A stretch of 64,000 nt of DNA from the human T2T-CHM13v2.0 reference genome, Homo sapiens: NCBI RefSeq assembly GCF_009914755.1, contig NC_060926.1; one strand, written 5' to 3'. Positions 12,925 through 31,960 of this stretch are shown here, in pieces. The notes beneath the pieces are model-generated. The model searched no databases. It had not been told where the DNA came from and saw only the letters and a list, made by a program, of their open reading frames with translations. Every line of letters begins with the position of its first letter. Position 1 is the stretch's first letter. Both the position numbers and the translations under genes were made by a program.

Positions 12925-13380
12925 ATGCCATGTTGGCAATCTTTATTAAGTTAATAGTGACAATTTTCATAGTTTTATTCATTTTTATTTTCTTGGTTCA
13001 CCTAATAGTTTCTGAACATTGTAAACTATCTTGAAATGTATTTTAAGAAAATAAAGATTTCTCATCATTTGAGTAAATCTTTTCTACTAATTTGCACATA
13101 AGTAGATTAATCATAGGTAATAAATAAATAAATAATTGAAAGAAATTTTACATGCCATGTTGGCAATCTTTATTAAGTTGATAGTGACAATTTTCATAGT
13201 TTTACTCATTTTTATTTTCTTGGTTCACCTAATAGTTTCTGAACATTGTAAACTATCTTGAAATGTATTTTAAGAAAATAAAGATTTCTCATCATTTGAG
13301 TAAATCTTTTCTACTAATTTGCACATAAGTAGATTAATCATAGGTAATAAATAAATAAATAATTGAAAGAAATTTTACAT
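12925..13380. repeat. Head-to-tail tandem duplication, 227-bp unit x2
   Basis: Copies start at 12925 and 13152 (ATGCCATGTTGGCAATC...). Only 2 substitutions were seen between them. Confidence 0.97.
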
Positions 13381-13424
13381 AGAAACTTCCATATGTGTGT
13401 TTTTGAATGATGCATATCAAAATG

Positions 13425-13600
13425 GTCTTTTCAAGTATTTTTCAGTGTGATTCATTAACCAGCAGCATTACTAGCAATGCTTACAAAAAACTGTGGATTC
13501 TTAGACCCTACCCAAAGCCTACTGAAGTTTGAAGCTACTGAGTTTGAAGTCCACATTTTAGCAAGCTGTTAGGTGATCCTTATGCATACTGAAGAGGTCA
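13425..13600. mobile_element. MER5-like hAT-Charlie MITE
   Basis: ACCAGCAGCATT..GGATTCTTAGACCCTACCC..CCTACTGA..GGTGATCCTTATGCATACTGAAG. Confidence 0.6.
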
Positions 13601-14932
13601 AGCTCCTTCTCTTTGCAATATACTTTTCAGATTTAGCAAAACCCTATTTCCCATATTTGCACTAGCCATGCTCTTTTGGGTGCTAGTTTTCCTTGTTGTG
13701 CTTGAGCTTTAATTTACTACACACCCATAACATGCAATCACAGTATAAAGAAGGATGTGTTCCCCACTTGGGTAGAACCTTGCCAGATGCCCCACTTTAT
13801 GTGGGTGGAGAAGAATCTGAAAGTTGAGACTTCAATTCAGGGCTAGCAAGTCCATACACACATCAGCACCACTTAATCCTTTAAAATGCTCTATATTTTA
13901 AATGTTTTCCATTTTTCTTTAGTGGAAATAATAAAGTGGCTTTAAATAAACAGTTTCTTCTGTTTCAGAAAGTTGTGTGTTTATCTCAGTGTGGCCAATC
14001 AATGGATTCCAAAAGGTTTATGGTTTTTTTACTCCTATGGGGCAACCAAAGGCTAAATTCTAAAGGATTTGGAAATGTCAGCTTGTAATACAAACTGTGT
14101 TGGCCTTGGGGCCTGAGATCACAACCGTTACTCACCATGTTTACAAATTATATCATTTAGTCTAGTATACTAACTGTAAACTCACCGACAATTATAGTAG
14201 AGAAAGAATTACAGTCAGCCTTTTTCCTTTTTTTTTTTTTGTTGTCTGAACTGTCATGACATATGGATTCCTCATCAGTCCTCAAATCACATAGAGGGCC
14301 TCCCTAGAAGCTACTCTTGAAATCAATAGGCAGCTAGGCTTTCAGATGAAATACGGAATTGCTATAGACTTTTTCAGAAGGAGAACAAATGGTTTCACTA
14401 AACGAGTCCCGTATGTTATTCCAGGCAGATGTATACACATCTGTGATTTTTAATAGAAAGGATGAAAGTATTACATTTCATTAGGTAAGTTACACATTTG
14501 AAAAGTCGGTTTTTTCTTCAGGCTATTATTTTTCTGTTTGTTGTTCCTTCTTACCCAATTCTCTCCAATTGTGCTCAGAAAGGCATGATTGTGCACCCTT
14601 CTGAGGACAGAATGGTGATTCTTTACTTCTCTCTCAATATCCTCTTTTCCTTTTTCTTTCTCTACCCCACCTCCTCTTTTCTGTCTGTCCTCTTCTCTTC
14701 CCATTAATGTAGCTTTCAAAGTTGTATTAACTTTTTATTTGGCCTAAACAAGATCTGCTCACTTTTAAGACTTTGCGCAAGAGAAAGGTAAGTAGTTTGT
14801 GGCTCTTCGCAACTGGCTGCTTCCATTGCCAAGTTGTGCAGTCTAGGGAATGCATAAATCCTAAACTGTCAAATATTGCCACTGAGCTTGTGCTCAAAGG
14901 ATTTGGCAACTTCAACAGAGTGAAGAAACATT

Positions 14933-15270
<338 letters not shown>

Positions 15271-15329
15271 CTAAAAGCCTGATAGGTGGTACATTTGCTT
15301 TTAGAACATTGTACAATATTGACTCTGGA

Positions 15330-15565
15330 TTATATTAATATTGATATAAATATAGATATATAGATACCAATACAGATATATCTGAGAAAATGTAACTCCT
15401 TTACATTTCACATACTATATATATAATTATTTCATATTTCATGTGAAGTTATGTATTTCACATATAATGAATATACTAATATATATGGTATTATGTATTT
15501 CATATATATTATTATTTGCATTATATCCATAATATGTATTTCATATATATTAGTATATCCATATT
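15330..15565. repeat. AT-rich low-complexity, decayed (TA)n tract
   Basis: Dense TATA/ATAT repeats read directly. Confidence 0.8.
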
Positions 15566-17898
15566 TGGAGGGGCTAATAAAAGTGGCAGAAATTAAGGGA
15601 CAAAGAGGAATAGTGATAAGACAGATGATATATTTATATTTTTATTCTAATAAATACATTAGCTGACATATTAAGAAGTACTAGTGCCTGTGGAGAGGGG
15701 GATGTATGTGTGTGTGGTACCATCTGTGAAAATTTTCTTTCCAGCCAAAAGGTCTTGTGAACCATCAGCCATCGTATTTCTTGGGTAGCTGTCATTGATC
15801 TATACCTGACATTCTAGGCAAGATCCCATTAGAGATTGCAAATCCAGTAAAGATAGAAGCCAGGAGGATGGGTCACAAGAAAAGATGGGTCACAAGAAAA
15901 GATATAGGAAAATGCTATACATTTTAAGGTAGAAATAATGACATTTTGTTAAAAGTGCTTAGAAAATAATATGTTTTAGAAATTATTTGTAGAATGATAT
16001 TAAGAAAGTGGAGAAACAAGTTATTACAAAAAAATGAGAGTTTTCTCTCTCCAACTTCAAAACTGGACTAGTGCATCGATTGGCAAGACTGGTCAGAACC
16101 ATCCAGGAAAAGTCAATAGTGAGGGCAGCCCTCCACAGAATCTAGCCCGTCAGATTTCCTAGAGTTCCTTCAACCTCCACCCAGCAGCTACGGGAGCTAA
16201 GGGCTTTGCAGTGACCCAGGAAAACAGTCTGATGGAAACAGAACAGCTCCTTTCAGGTGATTCCTTGGGTCTGAAACTCAAAGTCAGTCCCCAAACCCCC
16301 AACATTTGCCAAGGCCAAGCATTGAGCTCTGTTCCCTCCTATCTATGCATACTTCTTATAATCTCTGTTCTTCTTTAGGGACCAATTTAGTGTTCATTAT
16401 AATTTGATATAATGTCTAAAAACTGTACATTTTCCTTGGGCTCAACCACTTTCCAGAAGTATAGTAATCATCTTGTCCTATGTGATCAGTGTAATGGTGG
16501 GAGCTTCATCGTATTTTATTGTGGCATATTTTTATGTGAAGAGTAATGCTTATATGCATTTTTAAAATAATCTACTTTAAGGTTACCCACTAGTGAATTT
16601 TTCTTCTCAGGTCAACACTATTTCTTATTTAATCATCAGCTTGGTTTTTTAAAATACCACAAATCTCTCTAAATTCAATATTGGTCTATTACTTTGGCTT
16701 CCTTTTTTTGTCTATAACAATAAAAAATGAGATAGAGATGTTCTATCAGCACCTTTATGAATATTGATATTTCTCAAAAGTGTGCTCTTATACTTCAGGC
16801 CTACTGTAAAGAAAATATGGAAAGAGCTTCTGGTTTCTTTGAAAAAAAAATCAATGAAAATCTCAAGACAAGGCATAATGTCAAGTAAGTCCAATAATCA
16901 GACCATAGCTAATGACTAAAAAATCATGACGTGGCAAAAATGAAGTTTCATGCCTGTTCAGGTTACTAAACAAAAAATTGACTGATCTTCAACTAAAGCA
17001 AAAACAATGGAGAATGTATTGTACATCCCATCAAGCCTTCTGAAAGGTCATCTAATTAACATTTTGCATTAACTCTTACTCTTCAATTTGACCTCAAAAT
17101 ACCAGAAATATACTGTGGCATATTAGAGTTTCATAGTGATTATAAACACAAAGAAACAGAAAGCTAGAAAGCACTGCAAGTAGGGAGGACTTCTCCCTTT
17201 GCATCAGAGATGTCAGAAGAGATAAGGATACTGAGAAGACAGCTGGACATGGAGGTGAGCATAAGATGGACTCAGGACGATGATCCAAATACCCTGATAC
17301 AGAAAAAGGCAGCTTAGTTCAAGAGTTCTTAAATAGGAGTCATCGGAGACCCACAGCTATGTTGCTCTCAGGATAAAGGCAGTCCTGAATCTTGATTATA
17401 TTAAATCACGTTAGGCGTGTTTGCAGAGTTGGCTGCACAAATAGACTGGAGAGGATGCTTATAATATAAAATGTAGATACTCAAATAAAATGTTTCCTAT
17501 TCTGCTTATCATGGTGGTTCAAATTCCATCACTATTGATTACTCTCTGAAATGCTGAGTTGCTGCAAACAGTAAGAGACTGGGAGTACAGAAGAAACAAG
17601 ACATATAAGAGGTTCATTAAAAAGTCAATGAAATATTTAATAAGCAACTATTACATCAATATATTTGTATGAAGAAGGAGGAAGGGATATAAGATGGAAT
17701 TTATTTTTTCAATGAGTAAACATTTGCAGAATACCCAGGATGATCATGCATTGTATTTGCAGATAGACAGATTGAATGACAAATAACAACCTCAGCCCTA
17801 GAGAAGCTTTAACTTTTATAATTTTTTCCCAATTTTCATATTAAAGAGACAAAATTGATAAAGTTTAAATTTTCTCAAAAAAGTACCATAATAAGCAT

Positions 17899-19042
17899 GT
17901 GAATCCCTCCCTGGCAAGCAAGGTATCCAGGTTCTCTCATCAGAACTGACTAGAAGGCTGGTGCGATCCATAGAGAGGAAGAACAGTGTGGTGCGGAAGC
18001 CTGTCTGAGAGCCACACGGGCAGGGGAGCCCCCTCTCCCGAGCCAAGGAAGGCAGCGAGTGAGCATGCTACCCAGCCAAGGAAACCGTGCTGTTACCACG
18101 GAATTGTGCAACTCATGGATCAGATTCCACTTGCGAACCCACGCCACCAGGGCCTAGCATCCCAACCCTGGAGCTGTGCAGATTCTCAACAGCCTCTCAG
18201 CTGGAGCCTACTGAACTCCCAGCGGAAGGGGAAACCGGCACCAATGCTGCGGCTGTATGCTGTCTAAGCCCTTTGAACTCCTTGGGGGAGGAGCAGCAGC
18301 CAGCACTGGGTCTGGCAACTAACATGCTAAGCCCCCTGGGCAGGGGAAGGACAGCATCCATCTCTACAGCTCCTGGCTGCACTTTCCCCTGCTAAAGCCA
18401 GGGAGGCTGGAGGGCTTAGTCTCAAGATGTGTCCCCTAAAGTGCAACACACTGGCTGTGGCAGGCTGCAGCCAGGGCACCTCTTCAGGCCTGACCCTGAC
18501 CCATCCTTCCTCATTGGTTGGGGCTTCCCTGCAGGAACTCCAATAGCTCCAACCAGAGGCTCAAGGACAGAACAGAACAGGGCAGGGGAGCAATCCTACA
18601 GGCATCAGATTGGTGCCCGTCGAGGTCCGAGATCCCAGAAGAAGGAGCAGGCATCCACCTTTGCTGTTCTCCAGCTTCCTTGAGTGACATCTCCAAGTGA
18701 GGGGGCGAACCAGATGAATAGGACCTGAAGTGAACCCCTGGAAAACTGCAGGAGCCCTACAGAAGAGGGACCTGACCATTGAAAGAAAAACAAACAAACA
18801 GAAAGCAACAACAGCATCAACAACTACAAAAAGTACCCACAGAATAGCCCTCCAAGGATCAGCAGCCTCAAAGATCAAAACTAGATAAACTCACAAAGAT
18901 GAGAAAGAATCAGCAAAAACAAAAAACAAAAAACTGAAAATCCAAAAAGCCAGTGTGACTCTTCTCCTCCAAATGATTGCAGCGTCTCTCCAGTAAGGAT
19001 GCAGAACTGGATGGAGGATCAGATGGACGAATTGACAAAAGT
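17899..19042 (+). mobile_element. L1PA7/8-like 5'UTR and start of ORF1
   Basis: GGTATCCAGGTTCTCTCA-type 5'UTR. ORF1 starts ATGAGAAAGAATCAG at about 18899, then SSPPND..QNW.ED.MDELT, and stops abruptly. Confidence 0.88.
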
Positions 19043-19232
19043 CCGGCCCTCTAGGTGGTAAATTCTGAGTCATTCTTCAATCTCCAGGACAAAAACACTT
19101 TGCAATTGTGTCTGGGTTAGTTCCGAGTCTTACGCTAAAGGGCTTTAAATTCAACTATAATTAAGACTTACCTGAGAAAATGTAACTCCTTTACCTGTTA
19201 GCAGAAAGTTACTCTGCGTGTGAATGGAGGAT

Positions 19233-19235
<3 letters not shown>
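19038..19235 (+). repeat. 198-bp direct copy of 21230-21427 (templated insertion)
   Basis: Ungapped alignment with 8 mismatches counted. Confidence 0.96.
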
Positions 19236-20929
<1,694 letters not shown>

Positions 20930-20932
<3 letters not shown>

Positions 20933-21054
20933 AGGGCAATCAGGCAAGAGAAAGAAAGAAGCATACTCAAATAGGAAGGGAGAAAGTCAAATTGTCTCTG
21001 TTTGCAGACGACATGATTTTTATATTTAGAAAACTTCATCCACCTCAGCCACAG
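20930..21054 (+). mobile_element. L1 ORF2 piece, inverted duplicate of 19233-19358
   Basis: Reverse-complement match with about 9 differences. Both copies share the non-consensus end CATCCACCTCAGCCACAG. Confidence 0.93.
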
Positions 21055-21555
21055 CAGGGCAAACTCAGGTATCTGGTCAGTGAGTGTTAGCATGTAGTGT
21101 TAGGTATGTAGTTGTTCTCTTCCAAATAATAGAATGCAGGATTATAAATACAACATAATCAACTTAATATCAAATTTAAAATTAAAATAACAAGCTCCAT
21201 GCACTGTCATCATCAAGGTCAAGGTGACCAAAGTCCAGCCCTCTAGGTGGTAAATTCTGAGTCATTCTTCAATCTCCAGCACAAAAACACTTTGCAGTTG
21301 TGTCTGGGTTAGTTCCGAGTCTTACGCTAAAGGGCTTTAAATTCAATTATAATTAAGATTTACCTGAAAAAATGTAACTCCTTTACCTGTTAGCAGAAAC
21401 TTACTCTGAGTGTGAATGGAGGATCTGACTGAGAATGTTAAGAGGAGTGAGGACATGGAAGGACCACACAGGATCAATGCACCTTTGCATGATTGAGGGC
21501 CTAGAATAGGGAGAGGTGTAGCCCCTGCCTTTGGACATAGGACATAGGGCACCTA

Positions 21556-22246
<691 letters not shown>

Positions 22247-22729
22247 CACGGGGATAAGTACAGAGGTTTCTGGAGCCTTACCAATTCAGGAAAATTTTGG
22301 GACTTAATAAGCACAAGGAGACATGGAGGACTGGACAATTGGGCATAAAAGGAATATACACTTAAGGGATATGAGCCTAGAAAAATTGGACGGATGGTAT
22401 TTTATATTTTCACTGAATTTTCTTGTAAATGTGAGCAGTCAATAAATGCTTGAGGGAATTAGAAAATCTGGTCAATGAGTGTTACCATTTATATAATATT
22501 TTGGACCCTTAAGTTGTTTTTCTCGAACTTGTTTTTATATTAGTCAATAAGTATGCACAATTTCATGTTTCAAATGTTTTGGCAAATTTCTTCATTGGTT
22601 TTTTCCCAGCTTTAATTTTTGCATCTGGCAAGAGTTTCTGCAAATTCCCTGTGGTAAAGATGGCAGGCTGCCCTGGAGATCTTCTCTTCCTTGTGGGTTG
22701 GCTGTGGCTCGGAAGTGGCGGCTTCCTGG

Positions 22730-23080
22730 AGCCTGTGTGTCCATTCCCAACTTCCTTGCATCTAGGTAAGGCCTCATGACTAAATTCTGGTCAATAAAAT
22801 ATGGGCAGAATTGATGTTTACCACTTGTATGCCTCAGTCATGTTAAAAAACAACAACAACAAAAAACAAAAAACCACCTGTGCAATCCTGTGGTCTCTTA
22901 CTTAGTGTCAGCTGGATGTTGTCTCCCAGGATCCCAGGATAACCCCCAGAGCCACGTGTTGAAGATGATGGTTTGGTCAGTCTGGATCCCTCTGTCTCCC
23001 ACTCCAGCTGTAGATTGAACTTTCTGTGAGCAAGAAATGAATCTCTGTTTAAAGTCATTTAGGTCTTGCATGTGATGTGA
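22730..23080 (+). mobile_element. Old MaLR LTR fragment (MLT1I/J-like)
   Basis: TTCCCAACTTCCTTGCATCTAGG..CATGACTAAATTCTGGTCAAT..AGCCACGTGTTGAAGATG..GTGAGCAAGAAAT. Confidence 0.6.
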
Positions 23081-26000
23081 CTTTGTGTCTTTTCTTATAT
23101 AATCGGGTATCCTCTTGGTGCACAATGAAACCCACTTAATAATTCCTTTTAATGTTGGTGTTTTGGCCCTAAAGAGCTGGCACATTGCATACATGTCTGC
23201 TAAGAAACCTATAAATAGCTTGTAGTCAACTGTGTGTATCTGGTCTCAGATTCTTTCATAGAGACAGGTCCCCTTTGAAAGACGAGCCTCACAAACTTGG
23301 CCACCATGTGATAAGGCCTTGTCAGCAACAGATAATTGGGGGTTCAACTTCAAGAAAATCCTAACTATAGTCATTGTCTCCAAAGGTCATTCACAGAAGG
23401 TGGTGGTGGCCATTATACAACTATAATGGGATTCCAAATCAAACACACAAATGAGGCAAGAAGACTTTTATTTTTTGTATTCTGCCTTTTTTCCTTCTGA
23501 AGCTTTAGAGAAGTGAAAGAACAAGGGCAAAAGTGGCTTGTACTTGTTATCCAAATACTCTATTCTGAATGCTATGGGACACCGGCACAGCAGTGCCAGC
23601 CACAGCTGAAAAGAAAAGGTTGTACTTAAGTATCCGTAGCAAAAAGAAACACAAGCAACAAATAGTTCTGCCATCCATGGCCAGTATTTTGATTATGAAT
23701 CCTGAGATGTACTTAACCAAAGATATCTAAATGATTAACTTTATAGAAAGTCAATGACAATGTTCAGTCAAATACAATAAAGTTAAACTAAGGGATGGAG
23801 AAAATGCCCCATTAAGAAGAAATAGCATAAGCCACTGCTGTGGTTCTATTTTTGCAGGATAATTAAACCGATTTAAGGGAAAGATGGGATTAAGAGACAG
23901 AAAGTGAGAGGTCATCTAATCTACCAGTTTTTCAAAAGCCAATTCTCTGATCTATGCTAGTCCGAGATAATGTCTTCCCCGTTAATGGACAAATGAAATA
24001 AATTAGGAAAATGAATGAGCTTTTAATAAAGTATGCAACATAAATTATATTCTTTATCCTATGAACATGTGCTTCTTAATTTTTATACTAAATGTTCTTT
24101 CTTCAAAGAAATTTTAGTCATAATAGTGTTTATTGATGGTTTTATTTTCTTTTTAATATCTTTTACTGAAAAATAAAGTAGCCCTTAGTTCTTTTATTTA
24201 TTTATTTATTTTTGGAAATTGTACTGGTTTCTGAAATTCTAGAAGCTATTCTAATTTATTCCTTGAATTCAAACAGGACTATAATTCACACTCTGAAACA
24301 GAATCCTACATCACGTTTTTTAGAAAGAGGGAGCATTTTATAAAATCTCTGAATAATACTTGTCTATGCTAAAGATATTTCACCATTAGAAATGCTCTAT
24401 TTTCTCTGATACTAAGGGTTAGATGGGTTAAATTACTTTACAAATTTTTTTTCATGCCCAGTATCATAGAAATGTAGAGCTAGACTGGGCACTGAAAAAC
24501 ATCTGGTTAAATTACTTTCTTTTATATAGAGATGCAGGTGGAGACACACAACAGTAAGGTCATTGGATCAGTATCCTATGATTGGGTAATTGCACAAATA
24601 GGTCCTTTGAACTCTCAGCCATACTGTTTTCTATGTACCATATCGGCACCTTAATTAAATAGCACAGCCCACTTCTCAGGTGAAGCTCTTTCAAGTTTTG
24701 ACAAGCTTTGGTTTAATTTGATTCTTACCTGAACCACATCTATATTATAAAAATAATAATTCTTAATATAAATTGCATGTCATTTGAATGTTAGAGTAAT
24801 TGTATACTCCTTTATATATATCCCGTGTAGGGAAAGCCTTCATATGGGGAAGCACTTGCCAACAGGGTGATCATGATGCCAATGGAAGGCTCTATAATTG
24901 GGAGAGTTGGGCTTACTTCAAGGATAGAGAAGGGAGGAGAGCCAAACTAAAACAATTTTTTTTCTTAAAATAGCTTACATTTTGTCAAACAACAATTTTT
25001 ATTTACAACTGATACACAAATGAAAACAAGATATGGAGAAAACTTGTGTACAGTTTTTAAACAAACTGAACTCTTTTACATCCCATATTATGAGAGAATT
25101 CCAAACTTTTACAGGAAATGGAGTTCCCTTAAAACATGATCCAACTTGAATCTGTGTCGCTGGCAGTTTTGAGTCTTCAAAAGATAGCTATTTTAAGCTA
25201 AGCTTTCTAAAATCTATTTCCTTACAACTGTATATATAAAAAGTGTACTATTATAGGAATATTAATACAATCCCCATTTACAAATTGTAGAGGGGATATA
25301 AGTGGAAAATATGAAGTAGAACATTCAGAATGGTGCAGAAAATGAAATGGGAAATTGCTGCTGCTGTGTTAGCCCTCCTTCTCCCAGAAACCAGAGAAAA
25401 TAACTCCTCTCCTCCCCTTAGCTGTGAAAGCAGGGAGGGTGCTTGGGGAGAGGGTCAGAGCACACCCCATGCGGGTGTCAAAATTGTGCTTTGCCTGGTT
25501 GGAAAATGAGTGTCTGACTTATGGAAGAATCACCCTTTGGCACATCTGACATGTATAAAATTCTCCTCAGTGGAGTATCCCACTAGGATGAAGCAAGTAT
25601 TGCATAAATGAAAACCTTTATGATGCTATCATTTACTTGTTAATGTGTATACAGATGTATAACAAGCATATATGTGTGTGTGTGTGTTTCTGTACAACCA
25701 TATGTATAACTGAATCAGCCTTTGTCTTCTTTCACTATCTTATTCTACTTGCACATTTAGGAGTGGTAGGAATCACTTATAACCCTGGCCTATCCACTCC
25801 TACCCCCGCTCATTTCCGCTTCCTTGGTACAAAGGCTCTAACTGTGCTCACCTGGGCTCCGTGGGCGTGTCTCTTCCTCTGGGTACTCACTGCCATAAAC
25901 AGCGCTTCCTGCTGTATGAAATTTCACTCATTCCTTCCTGCCTACCTTCCAAGTTCAAAACTTCTGGTCCTATCTGTAACTGCCCGCCTTTCCAACTCAA

Positions 26001-26407
26001 TCCCTTATCAGAGTTCACATTTTTCCCCTTTTCCCTGATAATTGCCCCCATTCTTCTGCTCACACCAACTGTTACATTCTTAAGTTGAGATCTGTCCTTT
26101 TTTTTTGTTGTTTGGTTTACCCTATCAAGAGTTTATATTAAACAAAAGGGTGCAGTTTAGATAAATAAGTATGTGTGCATTATTATTCTAGAGAGAATTT
26201 TGTTCACAATGGGATATATAATTGATACACATTTCTCTATAAAATTTTTAAGATTTAAATGGGAACGGTAGGCAAGTAAACTTACATGGGAACTAGAATA
26301 ATGACCCTAGGATTTGGTACTGTGGCTTTTGTTTTTGAACTGAAAATTTCTACTGTCAGTTGATTCACTTGATAACCTAGGTAAAAATACTGAATGGTTT
26401 TGTTTTA

Positions 26408-26417
26408 GCGCGCGCGC

Positions 26418-26449
<32 letters not shown>
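26408..26449. repeat. (GC)6 joined to (TG)14, compound microsatellite
   Basis: Read directly. Confidence 0.97.
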
Positions 26450-26454
<5 letters not shown>

Positions 26455-27091
26455 TACATTTTGACATGATGGAGATAGGGTTAGCACTGTTCTAACTCCT
26501 ACTTCAATCTCTACATTTCCACTTCATGCCCCACCAGTCATGCTTAGTAAATAGTGAATTCTAGGAAGTTTGAAATATATGTTTTCCATAGTAAAATTTA
26601 TTATAACTATGGTCAAAAATATACCAGTTGCCTAAATTAACTTGAAGTAAATATTATTCAGACACATAGACTGACTCCTAATGTGTAGACTTCAGCATCT
26701 GTTGTAATATTTTCATGTTTCTGTTTACAACTGACTACTTGGAAGCCATTATTTCATAGAGTTGGCATCACTGGGCTATTCAGTGAATGTAGAGTAGGGG
26801 TGATGGGCATGGTATGTACATCCTCTGGCTTTTGTAACTGTGTTTTAAGAAGTGGATTGGCATGCCTCTTATCAGTCAATGGGCTAAAGGGATTCTGTTG
26901 CTATTCTGTAGTATTTCAAATATAGAGAAGAGCTCATGAATGTGTGGGTCATTATACTCTTGCTGGCTTTACGTGTGGATAAAGATGGATGACTCCCAGG
27001 TGTGATGTGACAGGCTCTACAAAAACCTTTCCCCAACATTTTCTCTCTTCTCTTTGCTTCTTACACTACTGAAAACAGAAACAACAGGGTA

Positions 27092-27352
27092 CTAGCCTGT
27101 GGGGTTAAGGTAGTGCAGCCTAGCATGGACTCTGGAGCTGGATTACTGAGTCCAAAGTTCAGTTCCAATAACTATCAGCTGTGTGGCTTTGATCATCTAC
27201 CTAACCTCTCTGAGCTTCAATTTCCTCATCTCTATTGATGAAGAAAATAATAGCACCTGATCATTGTTGTGGGGTTAAATATGTAGATATGTACAAAGTA
27301 CTTAGAACAGTGGCTGCCAGCTACATAGGATGTGCCACTGTGGCTATTATGA
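27092..27352 (+). mobile_element. MIR SINE
   Basis: AGCATGGACTCTGGAG..CAGCTGTGTGGCTTTG..CCTAACCTCTCTGAGCTTCAATTTCCTCATCT..AAAGTACTTAGAACAGTG. Confidence 0.8.
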
Positions 27353-27552
27353 TTGAGGATTTTTCTGGAGATAAAAAACACTGAACTAAAACCGGAAATC
27401 AGTAACTTTACTGTGTCCATAGGAAGTCTACTGGGTAGAGGAACTCTGAAAGAAAGAGAGGATATCAAAGATAAACTAATTTGTTTGGAGGTTCACCAAA
27501 TCTTCATAGTTCTAAATATCATATCCTCTGAAAAGCAGATATGTTTGCATTT

Positions 27553-27555
<3 letters not shown>

Positions 27556-27591
<36 letters not shown>

Positions 27592-27894
27592 TTTTTCAAT
27601 GTTGGATTTTTTTTAAATTATACTTCAAGTTTTAGGGTACATGTGCACAACGTGCAGGTTAGTTACATGTGTATACATGTGCCATGTTGGTGTGCTGCAC
27701 CCATTAACTCGTCTGGAAACCATCATTCTCAGCAAACTATCGCAAGGACAAAAAACCAAACACCGCATGTTCTCACTCATAGGTGGGAATTGAACAATGA
27801 GAACACAGGGACACAGGAAGGGGAACATCACACACCGGGGCCTGTTGCGGGGTGGGGGGAGAGGGGAGGGATAGCATTAGGAGATATACCTAAT
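27556..27894 (-). mobile_element. 5'-truncated, 5'-inverted L1PA3/4-type insertion (twin priming)
   Basis: (TTTA)n tail and minus-strand 3' end to 27713, then a plus-strand inverted piece 27714-27894. TSD ATAT(G/T)TTTGCATTTTTA. Confidence 0.93.
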
Positions 27895-28606
27895 ATTTTT
27901 GCATTTTTACAACCAAACAAAAGTATTCTGAGAAATGCTAGAATGGCAGCCTCTGGCAAATGACTTGGGATCCAAAGCAACTTGCCATCTTAAGGGAGCA
28001 ATTTGGGCCTCCAAGTACACTTATCCATGCCTACTGCATTGAGTTAGTCCTGCCCCCAGTGTAAAACCAGAGGAGCCAAGCTTTACAGGCCATTCTAGTT
28101 TCTTCTGGGCTGGCCCCAGAACAAGTTCCAGGATGGTCATGTCTTCACTGCGGCAATCCCAGAATACTAAGTTTCTCTGATGATGAGTTCTTTGGTATGT
28201 AAATGACAAAAATTCTCCCTAAGGACAATCCTTAAAAGCAAAGAGCATATGAAGTTGCCTGTGTGATGTCACTTAAGATAAAAAGGGGATGTATAGCCAC
28301 CCCAAAACATAGTTTAAAAATGAAATAATATAAACATTGAAAGGGATGTTAAGTATAAATTATTCTAGTGGGCATTATTCACATTGTCTGGCATGTAGCA
28401 GTTGCTCAATAAATGTTGAATAAATGAATGGATTAATTAAAATATGGCCCAGCTTCTGATGTAGCTATAAATTTCATTGTGTAAAGCTGGAACATTGGTA
28501 GTTATAAAAAATTTACCACCCAATCCAAGATTAATCAACCTCTTTTTTGTGCCATGGATTTCTTTAGCAGTCTGATGAAGGCCATGAACTTCTACTTAGG
28601 ATAAGG

Positions 28607-28902
28607 TTTTTTTTTTTTTTTAGACAGAGTTTCGCTCTTGTTTCCCAGGCTGGAGTGCAATGGGCTCACCATAACCTCTGCCTCCTGGGTTCAAGTGATT
28701 CTCCTGCCTCAGCCTCCCGAGTAGCTGGGATTACAGGCATGCACCACCAGGACCGGCTAATTTTTTGTAGTTTTTTTTTTTTAGTAGAGATGGGGTTTCT
28801 CCATGTTGGTCAGGCTGGTTGCAAACTCCCAACCTCAATTGATCCACCCACCTCGGCCTCCCAAAGTGCTGGGATCACAGGCGTGAGCCACCGCATCTGG
28901 CC
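28607..28902 (-). mobile_element. AluSp-like SINE
   Basis: TTCGCTCTTGTT..GTGCAATGG and TTTCTCCATGTTGGTCAGG diagnostics. TSD GGATAAGGTTTT. Confidence 0.95.
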
Positions 28903-28914
28903 GGATAAGGTTTT

Positions 28915-31960
<3,046 letters not shown>

